Of a stretch of DNA of 64,000 bases, positions 14,479 through 24,998 are shown one piece after another (position 1 is the stretch's first letter; each line of letters opens with the position of its first letter). The position numbers and the translations under genes were made by a program. The stretch spans positions 3,008,001-3,072,000 of the forward strand of contig CM000153.2 of assembly GCA_000004695.1 (NCBI GenBank), read 5' to 3'. The stretch is from Dictyostelium discoideum. Taxonomy: Eukaryota. Under the pieces are notes generated by a model that did not search any database, had not been told where the DNA came from, and worked only from the letters and a program-made list of their open reading frames with translations.

Positions 14479-16536
14479 ATGATGGAATTAGGATTTGAAA
14501 ATGATATTGATTTATTAAATCAATATCAAACAATTCAATCAAGAAAAACAAAAGATTATAAAAAGTTTTTAGAAATTAAACAAGAGAATAAGAATCAACA
14601 TTTAGATATTATCTCATCATTTTGGGATGTAATTGTTATTACTGCTATTGATTCACTTCAAAAGGAATACTATGAGCAAGTATTAAAAGAAAAGATGAAT
14701 CAAAATCAAATTCCATCATTTATACCTTACGTTGTAATTTCTGATCCAGTTGGTGAAAAAATAGGTTGTGGTGGTTCAACCCTTTATGTTTTAAAAACAT
14801 TATCAACAATATTTGGTGATGATAAAATTAAAAATAGTAAGTAATAATAAATAATAAATAATAAATAATAAATAATAAATAATAATAATAATGCACATAT
14901 TAATATCTTTCAAAATAAAGTGAAAATATTATTATTACATGCTGGTGGGTATAGTAAAAGATTACCAAATCATTCAACAACTGGTAAGATATTTGCATCA
15001 ATACCATGTACACTTGGAATGGGTGGAAATAATAATAATAATAATGATGACGAAGATGAATCAAAATTACAAGCATGTTCAATGTTAGAAATTAAATTAA
15101 TAATATTAATTGATATACCAAAGAGAATGAAACCAGGTGTATTCTTAGCATGTTCAGATGATATTGAATTATTTGAATCAAATGAAATGTCTTTCAATTC
15201 AAGTGAAGATGGTACATTCATTGCATTATCTCAACCTGGTACATTGGATATTGGTGTTGGACATGGTGTTTTCATTCTTGATGATGTTAATCAGTATAAA
15301 CCAAATCAATTAAATTCATGTAGAAAATTCATTCATAAACCATCAAAAGAGAAAATGAAAAATGAAAATGCTATACTTTCAAATGGTTTAGTTTTAATGG
15401 ATAGTTGTTATTATTTCGATCATAAAGTTTTTTCAATTTTATTAAATTATTATAATCAAAATAATCCAATTAATTGTGAAATTGATGCATATTCTGATTT
15501 TTTACAAGTAAGTAATAATAATAATAATAACTAATATTATTTATATTATCGTTAATATTAATATTATTATTTTTATTTATTATTATTATTGATTTAGCCA
15601 TTAGGTAAAAGTGCAGAACCAAATTATTTTCAAGTTAAAAGTAATGTTACAAAATTTTTACCACATTTACCAAAAGAAAGAGAAAAGATATATAACTTTT
15701 TAAATTCAAATAAATGTAAATTAGAAATGATACCAATGTCACCATCTGCATTCATTCATATTGGTACATGTCATGAATATATTGAACATTTTACAATCAA
15801 TTTCCCAAAATTAGGTTTTAAGAATTTAATTTTCTCTGAAATTGGTAGTGGGATTAATAATAATAATAACAATAATAGTGTTATTTTACATTCAATATTA
15901 TTAAATAATTTAAATACAATTATTAATGATAATAGTGTAATTGAATATTGTAATTTTAAAGGAATTAATAAACTTTCAATTGGTAATAGATGTATAGTAT
16001 CAGATTTAGAATTTGAAAATTCTAATGAACAGCAACAACAACAGCAACAACAACAGCAACAACAACAACAACAACAACAAACATTATCGTCATCAAATTA
16101 TTCAATTGAAATACCATCAAATTCATTCATTCAAACACTTTCAATTAGTTGTAATAGATATGTTACAATATTCTTTGGTATTGATGATGATTTAAAATCA
16201 ACTACAAATCCAAAATTATTTGGTATTCCTTTAAAAGATTATAATTTAAATTCAATTAATACTAGTGATGATAATAATAATAATAATTCACTTTGGAATG
16301 CACCATTATTTCCAATTTCAAATATTTCTCCAAAAGATTCACTTTTAAAAACTTTAAATAGTTTACAAAAAACAAAACAAACAAACTTTTTTTCAAATAA
16401 TGAACAACAACCCCAACAACAACAACAATCATATTATTCAATTGAACAATGTTTAAATGAAAAGGATTTATCAAAACAATTTATTAGAAGATCAAATTTA
16501 ACAAATGAAATTTTAAATTTAAAAAATAAAAAATAA
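14479..16536 (+). CDS. fpgt: Fucose-1-phosphate guanylyltransferase (GDP-L-fucose pyrophosphorylase, salvage pathway). Three exons: 14479-14836, 14921-15507 and 15598-16536.
   Basis: It aligns with human FPGT: FWDVIVITAIDSLQKEYYEQ matches [41 protein letters not shown] matches [47 protein letters not shown] matches ILLIHSGGYSQRLPNASALGKIFTALP, and CEIDAYSDFLQ matches CEIDAYGDFLQ. Splice sites are A|GTAAGT (14836/14837), aaag|TG (14921), CAA|GTAAGT (15507/15508) and tttag|CCA (15598). Confidence 0.8.
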
Positions 16537-16556
16537 AAAATAAAAAATATTAAATT

Positions 16557-16561
16557 ATTAA

Positions 16562-16653
<92 letters not shown>
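16557..16653. repeat. (ATA)n microsatellite of about 32 units.
   Basis: A pure aat/ata trinucleotide run lying between two convergent 3' ends. Confidence 0.95.
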
Positions 16654-16655
<2 letters not shown>

Positions 16656-16688
16656 TTTATTAACATTTATGTATTTTATATAAATAAA

Positions 16689-18832
16689 TTAATTATCACA
16701 AATATAATTTTTAATAATTTCTTGAATTGAACGAGTATCAAGTATTTGTGAAGGTGTTAGAGGTGTAGAGATGAATGAAGAAGAAGTTTGATCAATATCC
16801 ATTGGTGGTGAACGTAAAATTGGTGGTGAAGTTGACCAAGGTAATAGAGGTTGAATTGAGTTGAATAATGATCTTAAACCAAAACCAATACTACCAACTG
16901 AAATATTTCTTTGTTTAATACAATAAATTGAAATGATAATTTCAATGGTAATTAATTTCCAACCTTGTTCAATCAATTGTTTTGTATTCTTTATTGATAG
17001 TGGTGCTTGTGAAGATGTGTCTTCATAACCTTCACATAATTGCATGCCAGATTGTTGAGTTAATACAGGTTGTGATAATTGTTGAATCGTTGATACAATA
17101 GATGAGGCAATTTTACAAAGATTTAAAATTTGATAATGGTAATTCTTTTGTTGTTCAATTGTATGTTGTTTACTACCAACTGAACCACTTGAATTGAAAT
17201 TTTGAAAATTATTAAATTCATTCCAAGGTAATTTTGAAATTCTTTGAGCTTGTGTTTGTATACATCTACAAAGTGATAATCTTAATGTATCCATTGACAA
17301 TGATAATAAACCACTATCGATATTACCATTTGTATAGGGTAATCCATTATCTTCATTACTTTGAATCAATGGATTATCAACACATAAATTCATCTCTTTT
17401 TCAAATATACCATAACACCAATCAAATGATGTATATGCTGCACCATGAATTTGACTAACATTTCTAAAACTCATTGGATCAATTAAATTACATTTTTTAT
17501 CTTTTAATAAATTTGGTGTTTGATTACCACTATTATTACTATCATTTGTTTGATTATTATTATTAATATCATTATTTTGATTATCACTTGATGACCATAA
17601 TTTACTAAAATTTAAAATATTTTGAAAATTATTTGAACATTGAACTTGACCATTTTGATTATGAACTTTACTAACTACAGAATTTAAACTATTTAAATTC
17701 ACTCTGAATGCTTCCATTGCAAATGAGGCAGAAGTATCAAGAGCATTTAAAAAGCATGAAACATCATTTAAAGTTAATGCTCCAGATGCTAATGTTATAC
17801 AATTTCCATTAATTAATGAATTTGTCTCTAAAATTGATAATTGTTCATTTTCTTTTAATGAATTAATTAAATCATCACCATCATCATTATTATTATCACT
17901 ACTACTACTACTACATTGAGTTTGATTATTATCACCATTAAAATCGATATCATTACTACAACCACCACTTAAAAATGGATATGGAATAACTTTTGGTATT
18001 TTACCATTTGGTAATGAAATTGATTTACCAATTAATGGCAATGATGCTTGTGATAATGATATTGAATCGGAATTACCATTTGAACAATTATCAATTACTA
18101 ATGGAAGGTTATCTTCTTTTAATCTTTTTATTAATGAATCCAATGTCAATAATGAAATTCCTGATGTTCCAGATGATAATAAATTCAATTGAATTAATAA
18201 TGATGCTCTTAATACTTTATCTGGTATATAATCATTTGAAACTATTGAAGAATTTTGAATTATTAAATTTTCATTTAAATTAATTTTGAAATTATTATTT
18301 TGGTTATTATCATTTAAATAATTTAAATAACTATAATTATTATTATTATTATTGTTGTTATTGCTATTATTATTATCATTATTATTACTATTATTACTAT
18401 TATTATTTGATGGTTTTGTTTGTGGTAATTGATCTTTGTTTTTAATTTGTTCTTGATTAATTTTAATTTCTTCATTAGAATTTTCTTTGATTTTGTTTGG
18501 CAATAATGGTGATAAAATTGATAAAGAATTTTTCAAATCTTTACCATTGTCATTGTATACAAAGTTTTTAATATCAAATTTGTTTTTATTTTCTTTTAAT
18601 TTAATTGCTAAATTATTTCTGTATTCGTTAACTCGAGCAATTGTTTTATCACCAATAAAAAATCCTACCTTTTTATTAGCAAATAATACAACTTGTTTTA
18701 TACTTTTTTTATTATTTTTTTATTTTTTTTTATTTGTTAATAGATTTTTAATTTTTTTAATTTTTTTTTTTTTTATTTTTTAATTAATAATTACCTTAAA
18801 TTATTTGTTGATATAATTATTTCTGGTTCCAT
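16689..18832 (-). CDS. Histidine/aromatic-amino-acid ammonia-lyase (HAL/PAL family)-like protein. It is highly diverged and probably catalytically inactive. Two exons: 18832-18795 and 18702-16689.
   Basis: Family motifs are conserved in order. GISLLTLDSLIKRL matches HAL GISLETLKQVIEMF. PMSFRNVSQIHGAAYTSFDWCYGIFEKEMNLCVDNPLI matches HAL DAYTLRCCPQVHGVV...ELNSATDNPMV. The LINGN...ASGALT region matches the HAL LINGTQ region. At the position of the MIO-forming GASGDLAPL motif the sequence reads SLSQASLPLIG, with no Ala-Ser-Gly. The VYGITTGFG motif is replaced by VYNDNGKDL. Long poly-N inserts are present. Exon 1 (MEPEIIISTNNL) splices at AG|GTAATT to aaaag|TATAAAACAAG, in frame with the 615-aa ORF. 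Confidence 0.6.
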
Positions 18833-19378
18833 TTTAATAGTCTTTAAAATATTTTTTTTAAAAAATAAATGTCTTTATAAAATTTTTTTTTATTTTTTTT
18901 TTTTTTTATATAATTTATTAATTAGAAAAAAAAAAAAAAAAAATAATAATAATACGTTTAATAACAAAAATAGCTCAACACTGAACCACATTAGTTTTTT
19001 AGGTAAAGAGATTTTATTTATTTTTATTTTTTTTTTGGTGGTTGGGGTGGAAGTTATTTATTTTTTATTTTATTTTTTTTTGTTTTTTTATATTTACCTC
19101 GGATATTTACCACCTATTAAAGATGTAAAAATATTATATTTTGATTTTTTTCAAATAAAAATAATACTTTCCTCAAACATATTATTGTTACAATGCATTT
19201 TTGATAGAAATTATAAAAACCATATTTATAACTTTAAATTCGTTAGAATGCAAAAAAAAAAATTTCAAATGATAGCTCTTAAAAGTGGCCAATGAAAAAA
19301 ATAAAGTTTATCATTGTTGGATCTGATTTTTTATTAAAAGATTTATCTTTTTTATTTTTTTTATTTTTTTTTTTATTT

Positions 19379-19520
19379 TTTTTTTTTTATGAAAAACATG
19401 CGATATGTCGCAAGTGATAATAAAAAAAATAAGTGGCGATAAATAATTTTTTTTTTTCAAATTTTTTTCTTTTTTTATTTATGAAAAACGAGCAACATGT
19501 CGCAAGTGATAAAAAAAATA
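19379..19520. promoter_or_regulatory. Two copies of a roughly 36-bp near-palindromic element (tatgaaaaacRNgcRaYatgtcgcaagtgataa) located 10-140 bp upstream of the RCC1-like gene.
   Basis: Copy 1 lies at about 19386-19428 and copy 2 at about 19481-19520. They share a core of ATGTCGCAAGTGATAA. The region lies between divergent genes (HAL-like ATG at 18832 on the minus strand, RCC1-like ATG at 19528 on the plus strand). Confidence 0.5.
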
Positions 19521-19527
19521 ATTAATA

Positions 19528-20793
19528 ATGAAAAATGATTTATATACATTCGGAAAGAAAAATTATATACTCAACAATTTATTTAGGAGTTTAGGAGAAA
19601 TAAAGAAAATTAAAGATGATTTACAAATTGTTAGATTAACTATGAATTGCCAGAAAATTAATATTATTGATATTAAATGCACTAATGATACTTTATTTAT
19701 ATTATTTTCAAATGGTGAATTTATTTGTAAAAGAATGATTCCAACATTATCTATAAATGAAATAACATCACCAATAAAAATTTTAAAAATATCATCAGGT
19801 TATAATCATTTTCACCTTTTATCAATTGATAATAAATTATATGGATTAGGTGACAATAGTTTTAATCAAATAGGTTTTAATAATATTAATATTAGTAATA
19901 ATAATTGGTATGAAAGAATAAAACAAGTCGAATATTTTAATGAAATTAATTTAAAGATGGTATCATCTGGTGGTAGACATCATTCAATATTTATTGGTAT
20001 TGATGGTAGTGTATATTCTTGTGGTTCAAATAAATATAATCAATTAGGAAGAAGAACAACTAATGGGGAAAATGAAACAACTCATAATATTGAAAAATTA
20101 GAAACAACTATTCTATTCGATAATTGCTCGTCAGGTGATCATCATAATTTATTAATAGCAACTAACGGATTAGTATATGGTTTCGGTTTAAACTCACATG
20201 GTCAATTAGGTATAATTACAAATTATAATGTAAAATTACCAATTTCAAATAATAAAAATGAAAATGATAATAATAGTAATGAAAATGATAATTATGGTTA
20301 TTCTATTAAACTATTAACATTATTAGAAACATTAAAAGATGAACATATAGTTGAAGTTAGATGTTCAATGTGGCATAGCATATTATTATCAAAGAAGGGT
20401 GAAGTTTTCACATTTGGCGAGGGATCTTCATTTCAATTAGGTCATGGTGATAATATCTCTTATCAAACCCCTATTCTCGTTGATGAATTATCTGAAAATA
20501 ATTTTAAAATTAATTCAATATCTTGTTCAACTAATTCATCTTTATTTTTAGATAATCAACATAGAGTATTTTATTGTGGAGATAATTTCATTTCACAAGA
20601 TTTTGAATGTAATAATCAAGATAACCAAAATTACAGCTATGATGGGGATGATGAGGATGATGATGATAATGATAATGATTGTAGTAATAAAATCGAAAAT
20701 CCAACACCTTTAACTCAACTTATACAAACATTGGATTTTTCTCCTCCAAATAATATCTACACCCATAATTCAAACTTTAACTTTATGTGGTAA
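19528..20793 (+). CDS. RCC1 (regulator of chromosome condensation) repeat-containing protein.
   Basis: At least five RCC1 blades carry the signature YGLGDNSFNQIG, YSCGSNKYNQLG, YGFGLNSHGQLG, FTFGEGSSFQLGHGD and FYCGDN. The ORF ends ...NFMW, where the TGG/TAA overlaps a GTAAGT, so a further 3' exon is possible. Confidence 0.65.
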   Translation: MKNDLYTFGKKNYILNNLFRSLGEIKKIKDDLQIVRLTMNCQKINIIDIKCTNDTLFILFSNGEFICKRMIPTLSINEITSPIKILKISSGYNHFHLLSIDNKLYGLGDNSFNQIGFNNINISNNNWYERIKQVEYFNEINLKMVSSGGRHHSIFIGIDGSVYSCGSNKYNQLGRRTTNGENETTHNIEKLETTILFDNCSSGDHHNLLIATNGLVYGFGLNSHGQLGIITNYNVKLPISNNKNENDNNSNENDNYGYSIKLLTLLETLKDEHIVEVRCSMWHSILLSKKGEVFTFGEGSSFQLGHGDNISYQTPILVDELSENNFKINSISCSTNSSLFLDNQHRVFYCGDNFISQDFECNNQDNQNYSYDGDDEDDDDNDNDCSNKIENPTPLTQLIQTLDFSPPNNIYTHNSNFNFMW

Positions 20794-21252
20794 GTGTTTA
20801 CTTGGAAAAAAGCTATATAATTAAATAAAAAAATAAAGATTGATAAAAAAAAACCCATCATTAATTGGTCGAAGGATACTATGTTTGGAAGCACTGGTAT
20901 ATAATAAGCTTTGAAAGTGAATTTTCTTAATTTAGTTATTTGTTTGGATTTTTAAATTGCTCGGATCTTTTGAAAGAGTTAATTTTAAATTTTTGCATTT
21001 TTTTATATATTTTAAAGAGGCCAGTTTGTGCCATTTACTAAGCAGAGTCGAGAATGAGAGCTTTTGGGCTCATTACGATAAAATCGATTACAGTTCCAAA
21101 CCCAGATGTTATGAATTATTAATGTAGTTATGTTTCTATACAGAGTTCTTGATAGGTCATGAAATTGGAATCCAAGATTATCCCTAACCGACAAACAAGT
21201 TTATTAATAAAACAAGAATCGAACCTGTGATCTCTTTAAGAAGTTTAAAAAT

Positions 21253-21324
21253 CTCCCTGTCCGGGAATTGAACCCGGGCCTTTCGCGTGACAGGCGAAAA
21301 TCCTCACCACTAGACCAACAAGGA
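21253..21324 (-). tRNA. tRNA-Asp (anticodon GUC), with an external B box about 40 bp downstream.
   Basis: The minus-strand sequence is TCCTTGTTGGTCTAGTGGTGAGGATTTTCGCCTGTCACGCGAAAGGCCCGGGTTCAATTCCCGGACAGGGAG. It has an A box (TGGTCTAGTGG), a B box (GGTTCAATTCC), an anticodon loop CTGTCAC and a 7-bp acceptor stem with G-U pairs. About 35-45 nt downstream, on the tRNA strand (plus-strand coordinates 21211-21229), lies ACAGGTTCGATTCTTGT, a B-box-like element (ex-B). Confidence 0.9.
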
Positions 21325-21505
21325 TATTTGATATTTTTTTTAAAAAAATAGACAGAATCGTTTAATTAAATTTTTTTAAAAAAAAAATCACAAAGGATAT
21401 CCAACAAAAGAAAAAAACCAATCCAAAAGGTATTGTGAAGCCCTCGATTAAAAATAGAAAATAAAAGTTATCATCTAAAGTATAAAGTTTAATAAATGGT
21501 TTTAT

Positions 21506-24100
21506 TTACAAGAAATTGTTGTTGTTATTATTATTATTAATATGAACTTGTTGGTTGTTGTGATGAGAATTAAAAATTTGTTTATATTTTAATTCCAAAT
21601 GTTTAGTAAAATTTAAATTATCACAAAGTGGGGAATTAATCATTAAATTTCTTAGATTACTTCTAAAGAATATTAATTTATCGATATCTCTTGACAAAGC
21701 CAAAGCGATTTCAACATATTGACCATGATTGTAGGCAACCAACTGAGGTAGATTTAGTGTATGTAAAATTGATTTACCCACATTATTACAATGATAAGAA
21801 GGTGTTGATAGTGAAACCGTTGGAACACCCATCCAAAGTGATTCACAAGTTGTTGTAGTACCAGCGTATGGAAAAGTATCTAAACTAATATCCAACATCT
21901 GGCTATAATATTGAAGATGATCTTTTTGATGAGAAAATAAACCAACCAAATCCACCTGATTCAAATTGAATCCAAATTTAATTAATCTCTTGCTAAATGA
22001 TTTCTTTGTATCTTCACAAGCGAATGGTTTACTCTTTAATAATAATCTTGTTCCAATTGGTGATCTATCCAATATTAATTTCCAACAATTTAAACATTTA
22101 TCACTATATTTAGCCATAACATTAAATGATCCAAATGTAATATAACCATTCTTTAAAAATGGTGGTGGTGGTGGTAATGGTGGTGGTGGTGGTAGTGGTG
22201 GTGGTGATGGTGACGGTGGTGATATATTATCATTTGATGATGATGCTGCTGAAATTGGTGGGAAATAAGTTAAAAAACATTGTGGCATTCTAATTAAAGT
22301 TTCAGTGAATTGTTGTTTTGTATCTAATGGATCAACTATTGAATCTGTTATTCTATATTGAATAGTTTTTAAACCTGTTGTATTTGGATAACCAATGTAT
22401 GATATTTGAATTGGTGATGGTTGTAATGCCATAACATCCATTCTATTACCACAGGTATGACCTGACAACTCTACCAATATATCAACTTGATCATCCTTTA
22501 TCAATTGAACTACCTCCATTGTAGGTTTACCAGTTATATGTCTCCATTCATGACCATATGATTTTAATCTTTCAGTTGTAGTATCTTGTTTAGAAATATT
22601 TGAATAACATATAATTTTAAATTCTTCCTTATTATGAAATTTTAAAATTCCTTCAATAAAATAACTAACTGAATGTATAAAAAAATCACCTGAAATATAA
22701 CCAATAATTAATTTATCTTTTTTTTTAATTATTCCATTATTATTATTTATGTTATTATTATTACTATCAATACCATATTTTAAATTTAAAGAATTTAAAA
22801 ATGATTGACCCCATTGTTGGTGAATTTCATAAATTTGTGAATAATTAAATTCTGTTGAATAATTTAATGCCAATAATTTATTATGTTGAGCATTTAAAGA
22901 ATTTGTTGGTGAACATTGAATACATTTTTCATAACTTTTGATCGATTGAGAAATTTTACCAATATCACGATAAACTACACCAAGATTATTATAAGCATCG
23001 GCATATGTTGGTGATTCTTTAATTGCAAGTTTAACATATTTTTTTGCTAATTTCATCTTTCCTTGCATTGTATAAATAATTGCTAAATTACTTAAACTTT
23101 GAGAGAATGATGGATTCGATTTTAATGCTAATTGATAATAGTGTATTGATTGTTCAATATTATCAATATCTTTATATAATACACCTAAATTATTTAAAGC
23201 TTCAACATATTGATTATTATTATTATTACTATTATTTTTATTATTTATTTCATTAAAATGAATTGCTAATTCATAATTCATAATTGATTTTTCAATTTGT
23301 TTTCTTTCACTAAATAATACGCCTAAATTATAATAAGTACCTTCATATTTGAAATTATAATGTAATGATTTTTTATAGAATTCTTTAGCTAAATCAATTT
23401 CACCATTCAATTTAACTTTTGTACCTAAATCGTTATATGCTATCGCTATATTATTCTTTACAAGTGAATAGTTTGGATTGATTTGTAGGGCACGTTTATA
23501 ATATTCTATACTTGTTTCAATTTCACCAAGATTCTTTCTAATTACACCAATATTACATAAAACCTCTGGATAATTTGGATTTAATAATAATGCTTTTGAA
23601 TAACTTTCCAACGCCAATGAATATGAAATACCCTCTTCATAGAATACAACTCCCATATAAAATAATGCTGTTGAATTCTTTACATTTGATCTACTTGCAA
23701 GATAATACATTTTCAATGCATCAATCATTTTTTTCTTTTCTCTAAATTCTGTACCAACTTCAATTAAAAATTCATCAATTTTAATAATTTCATCATTACT
23801 AACCTGACTACTACTACCACTACCACTACTACTATTATTAATTATTTTAATTTCAATTAATTTATTTAAAAAACTAATAATTTCATTATTATAAATACTA
23901 TTATTTAAATCATTATTATTATTATTTAAATTATTATTATTAATATTATTTTCATTTAGTTTAACAATAATAAAACTATTAACTATATTATTTTTTTTAT
24001 TTTCTTTATCATTGGTAATTTCATCCTTTTTAATAATTTCAACATTTACTGAATTTGGATTGTCATGGATTATTATATCATAACAAATTTTAATTTGCAT
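21506..24100 (-). CDS. TPR-repeat glycosyltransferase of family GT41 (SPINDLY/OGT-like; likely a nucleocytoplasmic O-fucosyl or O-GlcNAc transferase). 864 aa.
   Basis: The N-terminal half holds about 9 TPR repeats with the YYNLG / NLGVLY / YNNLGVVY pattern. The C-terminal half matches the GT41 catalytic domain: LIIGYISGDFFIHSVSYF matches SPY/OGT RVGYVSSDFGNHPTS, and continues with ...MPQCFLTYFPP...FGSFNVMAKYSDKCLNCWKLIL...FPYAGTTTTCESLWMGVPTVSL. A proline-rich insert (SPPSPSPPPLPPPPPLPPPPPF) sits between the N- and C-lobes. Confidence 0.75.
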   Translation of the reverse strand: MQIKICYDIIIHDNPNSVNVEIIKKDEITNDKENKKNNIVNSFIIVKLNENNINNNNLNNNNNDLNNSIYNNEIISFLNKLIEIKIINNSSSGSGSSSQVSNDEIIKIDEFLIEVGTEFREKKKMIDALKMYYLASRSNVKNSTALFYMGVVFYEEGISYSLALESYSKALLLNPNYPEVLCNIGVIRKNLGEIETSIEYYKRALQINPNYSLVKNNIAIAYNDLGTKVKLNGEIDLAKEFYKKSLHYNFKYEGTYYNLGVLFSERKQIEKSIMNYELAIHFNEINNKNNSNNNNNQYVEALNNLGVLYKDIDNIEQSIHYYQLALKSNPSFSQSLSNLAIIYTMQGKMKLAKKYVKLAIKESPTYADAYNNLGVVYRDIGKISQSIKSYEKCIQCSPTNSLNAQHNKLLALNYSTEFNYSQIYEIHQQWGQSFLNSLNLKYGIDSNNNNINNNNGIIKKKDKLIIGYISGDFFIHSVSYFIEGILKFHNKEEFKIICYSNISKQDTTTERLKSYGHEWRHITGKPTMEVVQLIKDDQVDILVELSGHTCGNRMDVMALQPSPIQISYIGYPNTTGLKTIQYRITDSIVDPLDTKQQFTETLIRMPQCFLTYFPPISAASSSNDNISPPSPSPPPLPPPPPLPPPPPFLKNGYITFGSFNVMAKYSDKCLNCWKLILDRSPIGTRLLLKSKPFACEDTKKSFSKRLIKFGFNLNQVDLVGLFSHQKDHLQYYSQMLDISLDTFPYAGTTTTCESLWMGVPTVSLSTPSYHCNNVGKSILHTLNLPQLVAYNHGQYVEIALALSRDIDKLIFFRSNLRNLMINSPLCDNLNFTKHLELKYKQIFNSHHNNQQVHINNNNNNNNFL

Positions 24101-24203
24101 AATTATTATTTAGTATTGCATTTAACAAAAACTAAATAAAAAATTGAATGAAGAAAAAAAAAAAAAAAAAAAAATGAAAAAAAAAAATGAAAAAAATGAA
24201 TTG

Positions 24204-24237
<34 letters not shown>

Positions 24238-24492
24238 TAATTAAATATAAAAGATTTACAATTACTATAATAATTATGTGTGATTTTGTATAATTTAGGT
24301 TATGTTTGATAATTAATAAAAAAAAATAATAATTATATAATAATAATATTTAATATATATTGAGTTTTTTTTTTTTTTTTTTTTTTTATTGTTTACATCT
24401 AATGATACATTTTGTTTTGTGAGGATTTTATTTTAAATATATTTGTTTTTTGTTTTTTTTTTTTTTGTTTTTTTCCATTATTCGCTAAAGGT

Positions 24493-24998
24493 TTATTGTA
24501 ATTTTGAAAGAATTAATTTTGTAGCTTCATCTGAAGAAATATAACCATCTCTATCGGTATCAGTATCCCTAATTAATTCATCTGCTTCTTGAGATGTTAA
24601 AGTGTCACCTAATGTTGTAAGAATTTGTTTTAAATGTTGTGCTGAAATTGAACCAGTACCATCTGTATCAAAACAATTAAAAGCTCTTTTTAATTCATCT
24701 TTTTTTTTTTTCCAAAAAAATGTTAGTATATATGTTTTTCTTTTTTTTTTTTTTTTTTTTCAAAAAAAAAATAGAATTACTTACCAGCTGGATCAGTAAT
24801 TTGAAGTTTTCTAACTACAACTTGTAAGAAACCATTAAAATCTGTGCCTGATGAAACATCAGATTCTGGTAAATTTACACCCAATGATTTCAATGCCATA
24901 ACTGATTCTTTTGGATTAAGTCTTCCATCATTATCTTTATCGAATTGTGTGAAACAAATTTGAAATTCATTTTTTTGATCGTCTGTTAATAATTCCAT
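24493..24998 (-). CDS. EF-hand calmodulin-like protein, similar to a myosin light chain. Two exons: 24998-24784 and 24698-24493.
   Basis: Exon 1 reads MELLTDDQKNEFQICFTQFDKDNDGRL... and carries an EF-hand loop DKDNDG. The donor is CCAGCTG|GTAAGT, the branch point is TACTAAC and the acceptor is aaaaaag|ATGAATTA. Exon 2 reads (G)DELKRAFNCFDTDGTGSISAQHLKQILTTLGDTLTSQEADELIRDTDTDRDGYISSDEATKLILSKLQ*, which carries two further EF-hand loops. Confidence 0.7.

Noticed and set aside
16557-16653. Possibility that the periodic ATA/ATT runs (also 25868-25990 and 60659-60752) are CRISPR-like arrays.
   Set aside because: They are pure trinucleotide microsatellites with no spacers. The window is eukaryotic (spliceosomal introns, Pol III tRNA genes with A/B boxes), with no cas genes.
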